DNA of 64,000 nucleotides from Myxococcota bacterium (GTDB lineage Bacteria; Myxococcota; UBA727; JAHDBA01): NCBI GenBank assembly GCA_020630615.1, contig JAHDBA010000005.1, positions 38,709 to 102,708 of the forward strand, read 5' to 3'. Shown piece by piece: positions 57,241 to 64,000 of this stretch (position 1 is its first letter; each line of letters starts with the position of its first letter). The notes under the pieces were generated by a model. It saw only the letters and a program-made list of their open reading frames with translations, ran no database searches and was not told where the DNA came from. The position numbers and the translations under genes were made by a program.

Positions 57241-60200
57241 ATGTTTGTATCGTTCTCTATTCATCGTTCTAAACATGCACGATGGCTTGCCATGTTATGC
57301 ATCATTGTGTTCTCCAAGGTTGCAGGAGCAGAGCTCAATTTCAATTTCAAAAGAGAAGGTTTGATCTGGCGTATTCACGATAATGCGATGACGAAAGGGG
57401 CAATGGGTTGGGTTGAACTTGGATCTCATCTCGAAGTAAGACCCAGCACACAAGTAGAAATCATTGCACTCAAGCCAGCGTTTGAATCCATCGCTCTCGA
57501 TTGCAAGGGCAAGGCATCGACTCGACTTGAGGTCGAGATCGCTGAAACCACCTACGGGAAAGAAGGAAGATTTTTCGGGAGATTGAAGCCAGGTCTTTCC
57601 AATGCATCTCAGTCGCGGTGGCGACTCAAAAACCAAAGCAAAGGTCAGTTTGAGAGTCAGTGGTTTCATCTCAAAATATTTTTTGACCAAGAGAAGGGTT
57701 CCGACTTAAGTCCCTTTGTTAGAAGCCAATGTCGTATGCTTCGAAGTACACGTGAGCTTTCGAGTGAGAATCACCGAAAGGCTCTATTGGAAACCTTGGA
57801 TGCACTTCCAATTTCCGCACTTCGAAAGCTCTTCAATGTTTTGGGTTGGCAGTGGGTCAATCGTTCCGAGGTGCAGGCTCTTGAAGAAGGCGAGGAAAAC
57901 TCGAAACAAAGTGACATCGAAAAGTTGGATTCAAGTGAAAATACGATACGCCGAATGGCAAAGGGATTGTTGCCGAGACGCATACCCCATGCGCGAGACG
58001 ACATTCCATACATGCCCCACCTCTTCGGGGAAATTGATGCCGGGAGCTATCGTGAACCTGAGGAGGAGCATACTTTCGATATCTTGCCCGGCCTTAGCCG
58101 CATTACGATTGAGCTTCCATGGGATCAAAATTCCGATCAAGACAACGATGTGAAAGATATCGCAAAGTTCGAAGAAGGGCAGCGCTTAAAGCTTTCCCTT
58201 TCAGAAGACGGCAATGACATATGGGCTGAAGCGTATGCAATTCCGCATGACGATGCGAGAGGGCAAAGTCGTGATGTGCCATCATCAACCGACCACGACG
58301 ATCAAAAGATCGATCTGTCGAGCGCTCTCAAATATCGAGAAGACAAAAGGCGGAGCGAAGAAAACAATCCCACCCGTCTTAAACTATCATTCTGGATTTT
58401 TTCCAGCGTAAAGAAAACATTTCAACTCAAATCCGATCAAACGATTGCACTTCGCAACCGTACTTTTGAAACACGTGTTTTAAATCGCGAGCGCTTCAAG
58501 GATGATGAGCTTACATTATTGGTACCGCACTCAACGCATAGCGAAGAACACATCAAAAAACATCATCCGATTGGATCGATGCATGACGTGTTAATAGCGC
58601 AAAACAAGTGGAGTGCCTTCGATGCGCTAATTCCAATGATGGAAGCTTCACCGATGGGGCAAAAAGCATCCCGGCAAATTTGGGAATCCCATGAATATCA
58701 GCAACGAGCCCAACCCGTTGACGAAGCTTCTTCGTATGCACAAGAATTCTTGGTACCCTTTCGCCCGACCTATTGGCGCCTTCTTGAGGGAAGGTTTGCA
58801 AAGGTTTCCAAATTCCCACGCCCCTATTGGATGGACCTGCAAAGCGGAAAACATCAACTCGCTCTCATCTCAAAAGATGAGGAGACCTTAAATCCGAATG
58901 TCTTAAGAGCGACGGAGGGCTCCTCAAAGATAAGTCTTGCCTACATTGGATCACCAGATACGCGTTTGGGCGCTAAAGCATACGCTCGCTGTCGAGTTCG
59001 GGTGAACGAAAACCTTTATGTAATTGAAGTCAAGCCCGATCAAGTTATGCGAATCCCACTGCAGAACAACGAGCGTAGTGCCGAGGTGGAGGTTTTTCCG
59101 GAATGTCATTTTCGGGCATATCAGGACGTCTCCTACGAAGAATATCTGAATACCACCAAACTCTTTTCACGCTTCACGCCAGACCTTCTCGAACCGGGCG
59201 AGTCGTTACGTTTTCACACGACTCAAAGGGGGATCCGAACGTTTGCACTTTCTGTATCAACAACGACTGCAGAGTCGTCGAATGGGCTTTCGATTCACAT
59301 CGATAAGGAAACACAAGATTACAAACTCGACGTGTCCGAGTCTCTGTTGGATGTCAATGATGCTGTTGACGGTGAAGGTATCACCATCGCTAGCCTTAAA
59401 GGCCGAGCAGAGGAAGATATTCAAGAAGTGAAGGTCATGAATACTGGCGCTGGCTCGCTTGCGATTGCAATGTCATGGATTGGGTACCTTGAAAACGAAG
59501 CGCAACCACCAAATGCGAGCGATGATGTTGTTCAGAATTCGATGACGCATTCGGATCTCAAACTTGAGAGCGAGCTTGGTCAAACGAAGGACCCAAATAC
59601 AGAAGAAGAGAAAAAATTTGGGTCACAGAGTTTTGAAAATAAGCTTCAACCGATTTCCTTTAAAATAGCAGAGGAGCTTTCAATATGCGCGAAAGAAAGT
59701 GGTGCGCGTCGATTAAAGGACCTATTGTCGAAAGCCTGTATTCGAAACAATGAAAGGCTTAAGATGTTTTTTTTGGAGCGCTTTGCGTTGTACCTTGGAG
59801 CGAGTTCGTTCGGAGCTGCGCGAGAAGATCTCTCGCGTTTGCGCTCGTTCCCCTTAACACCAAAAGAATTGTTTGAGGTGGAAGACAGCTTTCGCAGTGC
59901 TCTGGCGCGTGAACGCTTGAATAAGAAACGTTTATGGTTCAGCCCAAGCCTTCTTGTGGATGAAGAAAGTGGACGACGATTGACGCAGGAAGCTCTTCAT
60001 TTGACAAATGCGCCCGTGCAGGAGGATAACCTGCTACACCTGCTGAATCGCTCCCTCGAGTTTCAACGAAAACATCGCGACGCATTGGCTGCCAAGACCT
60101 ATTTAAAGTGGCTTGCGATGGCCACATCGGAAAATATCGGTCGTGACAATCCTTTCTTTGAGTTCGGTCACGAACTCTTTGTTAAAGCACAACAGAATGG

Positions 60201-62295
60201 CGAAGAAATTGATAGTGAACTAAGTGAAAGTTTGATTGTGAATGCAATGCTATATGAGAAGTTGTCTCTTGGTAACTCGAATCTTCGATCGACAGAAGGC
60301 AATGAAGAAGAAAGTCTCTGGAGGGATGTCTCTGCCAATCAGCCTGCATCAAGTCTCTTGGGCCCAGGTCAATGGCGAAGTGTGCAAAGCAATTATGGGG
60401 CGAAGGTTGACTTCCCCATGTGGAAGAGACCCGAAAGGCGACCCAGCAAATGGGAGGTGCCTTTTGAGAGGTCTTCCTACATGCGACTTCGAGGTGGACA
60501 GGCTCGTAGTTGGTCCATGAAGCGTCATGGCGCGCAAAACCTAAAAATGAGTTTCTATTGGAAGGCTCCACGTTTTGAACCCGGGTGTGAAGCGGTGCTT
60601 CGCAGCGAAGGCGAAAACGATCGGTTCTTTAGGCCTCCCGCATTTTCAGAACCACTGTTACCTGTGACCATCGATCTTGCACTCGCTCCCGGAGAATCCG
60701 AAATCTACTTTGGATTGGACGAGGCATGTCAAAAGAGTCAGCTGAATATACAACTCGCACCTCAGAAGCATTGGCGTGCCCCCACGTACCCTGCGAATCA
60801 CAGCCATGTCCCAAGGGAGCATCATGAACGTGAAAGACTCAAGAATTACCTGTCGTACAGAACTTTGAAAGGATGGCGAGTTGATACAACTGGACTGGAA
60901 TTTGACTCCTCAGGTGCACGCTTGCTTGAGGTTCTTTGGACGAGCACGTCTGAACGTGGTGAAGAAAGTGCGCTTGAAATGCAGCTCCATTCTCAGAGTG
61001 GCGATTTTTTGGGAGCAAAAAAGTTTTACATTGCACCAAGTCAACTTGAAGAAGGCCACCCAGAGATGCATCGGATATGGATTTGGAGTACCCACAAGCA
61101 AGCCTTGCGCTTAAGTGTGCAAGGTCAACATAGTCTTGTGAAAGTCAATGCGCGTCAAACAAAGACACCCTCTCCTAAGCTTGCTCGTTTCTGGGAGCTT
61201 CAAGACGATTTTGAAGCATCATCATCGATACAGAAAGCTCAAGATGGCATCGAGACTGAACTCGAAAAAAGGGAGAACCGGAGTTCTAGAAGTGCACTCC
61301 AGTCCGATGGGGATAGCGATTCTAACGTGTTGATGTCCAACGACCCTTTATTGGACGAAAGTCGTTTTTGGGACCCGGTAACAATTAAGAAAAAACATCG
61401 CTTTCGCGTCGGTTTGGGTCCAAATCTTCGTACGCAATGGTCGCGCGGGTCCAATGGTCGACTGAAACGGATCGGTCTTCTCTCTCTACCCTTGATGGTC
61501 AACACGACACACGTCAAACATGGCACGACTTTCAACTGGCTTAGCGATTTACGCTTTCATCTTCTCGGCGCACCTGCGCACGATCATCAGCTTTCCTGGC
61601 GTCAAAACTGGCCCTTGAGAATTCGCAGTGAATTGAAACTCCGCTACGCGGAACAAATGCGAGATGGCTCTGGCCGTCGCGCGATGAGCACTCGATTGAA
61701 AGTCTTTCGCACTTGGAATGCCCGTCCTTGGATCCGTTTGAAACCAAGCATGACGATCTATGGTCGGCGCCTCTGGCAAAACGACAACTTGAGAATCGAG
61801 TCGGATGCCGTGGACACCAAAGTGCAGCCACTTTTTACCAATCCAGACCAATGGGGAGTTGTTGGGGAGTTGGATTTCCAGATGCGTCCACTTTCATGGT
61901 TGGAATGGGGCATTTTGGGTCGAGTGACCATGGGACCCTTCACCTCATTAGACTTCGTTGATTTTGCGGATCTTCGTTCTCGAGTGTGGATGGGGAGGCA
62001 AGGGTTGAATGTCAATCTTTCCGGTGGAATTCGTAATTTTTTCCCAAATCCCTGGCGTGACTCTTTTCGTTTGCGAGGCTGGGCAAACGCCACGCTTCTA
62101 TTGACTGGGTATGGATGCAGTGGCTGGACACTACAACCCTATGCGGGTCTGACGTGGTACTCCGACAGTTTAAACCTGGCGCCAAGTCTAGGAGTTCAAG
62201 GCGTGTGGGGGAATGCAGATTCCTGTTGGGCCACGATCGAACCCTTGGACAGTCGTCTGACACGCTTCCATATGGGCTTGCCAAAAACTTACTAA
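57241..62295 (+). CDS. Giant secreted protein (1684 aa) with beta-barrel-like C-terminal domain
   Basis: Signal peptide LAMLCIIVFSKVAGA. Starts 3 nt after the upstream stop. The last ~300 aa show alternating hydrophobic/aromatic beta-strand pattern, G/W/Y-rich, ending ...GLPKTY. Confidence 0.5.
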   Translation: MFVSFSIHRSKHARWLAMLCIIVFSKVAGAELNFNFKREGLIWRIHDNAMTKGAMGWVELGSHLEVRPSTQVEIIALKPAFESIALDCKGKASTRLEVEIAETTYGKEGRFFGRLKPGLSNASQSRWRLKNQSKGQFESQWFHLKIFFDQEKGSDLSPFVRSQCRMLRSTRELSSENHRKALLETLDALPISALRKLFNVLGWQWVNRSEVQALEEGEENSKQSDIEKLDSSENTIRRMAKGLLPRRIPHARDDIPYMPHLFGEIDAGSYREPEEEHTFDILPGLSRITIELPWDQNSDQDNDVKDIAKFEEGQRLKLSLSEDGNDIWAEAYAIPHDDARGQSRDVPSSTDHDDQKIDLSSALKYREDKRRSEENNPTRLKLSFWIFSSVKKTFQLKSDQTIALRNRTFETRVLNRERFKDDELTLLVPHSTHSEEHIKKHHPIGSMHDVLIAQNKWSAFDALIPMMEASPMGQKASRQIWESHEYQQRAQPVDEASSYAQEFLVPFRPTYWRLLEGRFAKVSKFPRPYWMDLQSGKHQLALISKDEETLNPNVLRATEGSSKISLAYIGSPDTRLGAKAYARCRVRVNENLYVIEVKPDQVMRIPLQNNERSAEVEVFPECHFRAYQDVSYEEYLNTTKLFSRFTPDLLEPGESLRFHTTQRGIRTFALSVSTTTAESSNGLSIHIDKETQDYKLDVSESLLDVNDAVDGEGITIASLKGRAEEDIQEVKVMNTGAGSLAIAMSWIGYLENEAQPPNASDDVVQNSMTHSDLKLESELGQTKDPNTEEEKKFGSQSFENKLQPISFKIAEELSICAKESGARRLKDLLSKACIRNNERLKMFFLERFALYLGASSFGAAREDLSRLRSFPLTPKELFEVEDSFRSALARERLNKKRLWFSPSLLVDEESGRRLTQEALHLTNAPVQEDNLLHLLNRSLEFQRKHRDALAAKTYLKWLAMATSENIGRDNPFFEFGHELFVKAQQNGEEIDSELSESLIVNAMLYEKLSLGNSNLRSTEGNEEESLWRDVSANQPASSLLGPGQWRSVQSNYGAKVDFPMWKRPERRPSKWEVPFERSSYMRLRGGQARSWSMKRHGAQNLKMSFYWKAPRFEPGCEAVLRSEGENDRFFRPPAFSEPLLPVTIDLALAPGESEIYFGLDEACQKSQLNIQLAPQKHWRAPTYPANHSHVPREHHERERLKNYLSYRTLKGWRVDTTGLEFDSSGARLLEVLWTSTSERGEESALEMQLHSQSGDFLGAKKFYIAPSQLEEGHPEMHRIWIWSTHKQALRLSVQGQHSLVKVNARQTKTPSPKLARFWELQDDFEASSSIQKAQDGIETELEKRENRSSRSALQSDGDSDSNVLMSNDPLLDESRFWDPVTIKKKHRFRVGLGPNLRTQWSRGSNGRLKRIGLLSLPLMVNTTHVKHGTTFNWLSDLRFHLLGAPAHDHQLSWRQNWPLRIRSELKLRYAEQMRDGSGRRAMSTRLKVFRTWNARPWIRLKPSMTIYGRRLWQNDNLRIESDAVDTKVQPLFTNPDQWGVVGELDFQMRPLSWLEWGILGRVTMGPFTSLDFVDFADLRSRVWMGRQGLNVNLSGGIRNFFPNPWRDSFRLRGWANATLLLTGYGCSGWTLQPYAGLTWYSDSLNLAPSLGVQGVWGNADSCWATIEPLDSRLTRFHMGLPKTY

Positions 62296-62323
62296 GTGCG
62301 GAAGAAAGGGCTATCTTGAAACC

Positions 62324-64000
62324 ATGCGATTGTTTGCTTCGTCCCCTGAGTTGACAGACCATCAACAATGGAAGGTTCTACAAAACCAGAAGTTCCCCGC
62401 GCACATGCGTTTCGCACTCCGTGATGAGATTGAGCGGGTTCTCGATCGATTTGAAGATCTCGACCGTCAAGACGATCCGATATATCGGTGGCTGGAAGAA
62501 AGCAAAAGACAGATGCGAGACTGGACGACAATGATCGAAGAGTTTGACGAGCTTGCACAACTTCGAGGAACACTCGAACAAAGTGTTTTTGAACGCGAGT
62601 GTATCCACTGGTGGCGGCTGCATTCGAAAGGTGGAAAAGAGCGTCGTCTGCGAGCACCGAAAACACCTTCCTTTGAAGCGCTCTACGATGAACGGAAATA
62701 CTTAGAGTTACGTTACGAGCAAGCTTTACGCATCGTCCTTGAGCTTTTGAGTCAGGAGACGGTATCCTCAAAGGCAGAGAGTGAAGGATATGCTCAGGAA
62801 GTCTTCCCTCTTATGCAGGAGATCATTGAAAACTTTTCAGCTCCTTTGGTCCGTGAAGCAGGATTTCGTGCGATGCGTCCCTTTGTTGAAGCCATTGACC
62901 TTTCGCAACATCATTGGCTTGAACGTTATATTTACGAGCCCCATGAACATCCATGGGTTCGACAAGCATGTCTTGACTTGCTTTATGATCGTTATGGGAT
63001 TGCTTTGTCGAAAGAGATTGAAGCACTTTATGATAAAGTAGACATGCCGTCACGGGTCTGGTTGATACCCTTAATGCGAAGTCAGTTTTTGAAAGAAAGT
63101 TTTCAGAGCGAAGCTTCTGCCACAATACGTCAAGCCAGTGTACTGCAATGGATCCGTTCCGGAGATTCGCATGAGTCTGAGATAAGAGGCTCGGGTGAAC
63201 ACGAGGCGGAATGGGTTGCGATGATTCTGAAGGATCCCGAACTTGTGGTTCGAAGTGCATTTGGTCTGATTCTTTCCAAGGATTTTCCTAAGCTTGGTCC
63301 TCGCAGTGCACGTCGCTTTACGAATTTACATCGTAGGTATTTCGAAGAGGAACACGATCTCTCAGTCATGGCCAATCTTTGTCGCGCATGGGTCGAGACT
63401 CTCATCACTCTCCTGAAAACACAGGGTGATGGAAGTACAGAATCGAGACCCACGCTTTGGTTTGAAAAAGTTGGCGTCGATTTGCTTCAGAGCTTGGGTG
63501 AAAGTTGCAATGCACGTGTTCTTAACGAAGCTCAACCGGATTTTGAAAGTTGGGCTTTCGTCTTCATTGACCTCGTAGAACTATGGCAGGATCCCTCAAA
63601 GCGAAATACCTTCATCTACTTGATGCAACTCATCCAAGGGATTGAGTGCGGCAATCGAATAAAAGTACTCGAAGAGTCAATTGTTGGACTAAAAGACAAT
63701 GAACTGGATTCAATGATGCGTGTGCTTGGTGCCATTGATTTTGGGCTTTACCTTCGGCGAGATTCTCGAAAGGGTATCACGATCCAACGTGGACATCGTC
63801 TACGCTTCAAAATGTGGAGATGGATTCATGAGATCAGAAACCCCGCCTACGATAAGCGTCAGGCACACCCACACGTGGTTGGCCGAGAGTTTTTCGGAGA
63901 AAAATGGTACCCAAGCTATTTGATGTCGGAAGTGACCCAAACACGGGTACCCGGGGAGCCGCTCTTTTTCCCGCAATATGAGCACGCGTGTCCTCATTTG
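62324..64000 (+). CDS. Hypothetical protein, C-terminally truncated by window end (>559 aa)
   Basis: ATG 62324 sits 29 nt after the upstream stop. Open frame to nt 64000 with no stop. Absent from the six-frame track only because it has no stop. Confidence 0.5.
   Translation, partial: MRLFASSPELTDHQQWKVLQNQKFPAHMRFALRDEIERVLDRFEDLDRQDDPIYRWLEESKRQMRDWTTMIEEFDELAQLRGTLEQSVFERECIHWWRLHSKGGKERRLRAPKTPSFEALYDERKYLELRYEQALRIVLELLSQETVSSKAESEGYAQEVFPLMQEIIENFSAPLVREAGFRAMRPFVEAIDLSQHHWLERYIYEPHEHPWVRQACLDLLYDRYGIALSKEIEALYDKVDMPSRVWLIPLMRSQFLKESFQSEASATIRQASVLQWIRSGDSHESEIRGSGEHEAEWVAMILKDPELVVRSAFGLILSKDFPKLGPRSARRFTNLHRRYFEEEHDLSVMANLCRAWVETLITLLKTQGDGSTESRPTLWFEKVGVDLLQSLGESCNARVLNEAQPDFESWAFVFIDLVELWQDPSKRNTFIYLMQLIQGIECGNRIKVLEESIVGLKDNELDSMMRVLGAIDFGLYLRRDSRKGITIQRGHRLRFKMWRWIHEIRNPAYDKRQAHPHVVGREFFGEKWYPSYLMSEVTQTRVPGEPLFFPQYEHACPHL

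Noticed and set aside
62292-63453. Minus-strand ORFs 62292-62771, 62823-63260 and 63130-63453
   Set aside because: A continuous + strand frame from ATG 62324 to the window end (>559 aa, no stop), following tightly on the upstream gene, is far more plausible. It is missing from the ORF track only because it lacks a stop.

Overview
This 64 kb window appears to be chromosomal DNA from a Gram-negative bacterium. The moderate GC content, the many secreted proteases and repeat proteins, and a complete lower mevalonate pathway suggest, by inference, a Bdellovibrio/Bacteriovorax-like predatory lineage. Coding density is high on both strands. Housekeeping genes I recognise include acnB, clpP, clpX, lon, one tRNA-His (GTG), dinB, dgkA, ubiE and kynureninase. 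One co-directional block (26.2-34.0 kb) encodes an SDR, a DUF938-like methyltransferase, diphosphomevalonate decarboxylase, a second GHMP kinase (probably phosphomevalonate kinase), type-1 IPP isomerase, a polyprenyl synthase, class-II HMG-CoA reductase and mevalonate kinase. The accessory content is unusual. There is a 1242-aa RTX-repeat plus gingipain(C25)-like cysteine protease. There is a 1027-aa protein that is almost entirely ~23 tandem 36-aa 'Myxococcus cysteine-rich repeats', inserted with a small hypothetical gene between clpP and clpX. A paralogous Cys-repeat module is fused to a zinc metalloprotease. Two of these proteins share a Cys-(S/T)-rich, hydrophobic, RR C-terminal sorting-type tail. 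An envelope lipoprotein operon encodes LpoB-like, YcfL-like and possibly CsgG-like proteins. An 80-bp hairpin-containing intergenic element is present in two copies. The most interesting region is 48.1-64.0 kb. It holds six tightly packed or overlapping co-directional large ORFs, essentially all without obvious named homologs. They comprise a CHASE2-type sensor, a 948-aa protein with a tandem-duplicated PgsC/CapC-like membrane domain, two secreted proteins, a 1684-aa secreted giant with a beta-barrel-like C-terminus, and a >559-aa ORF running off the window. I interpret this as a candidate undescribed envelope or polymer-related system. All calls are made from reading the six-frame track and raw sequence only; no searches were run.
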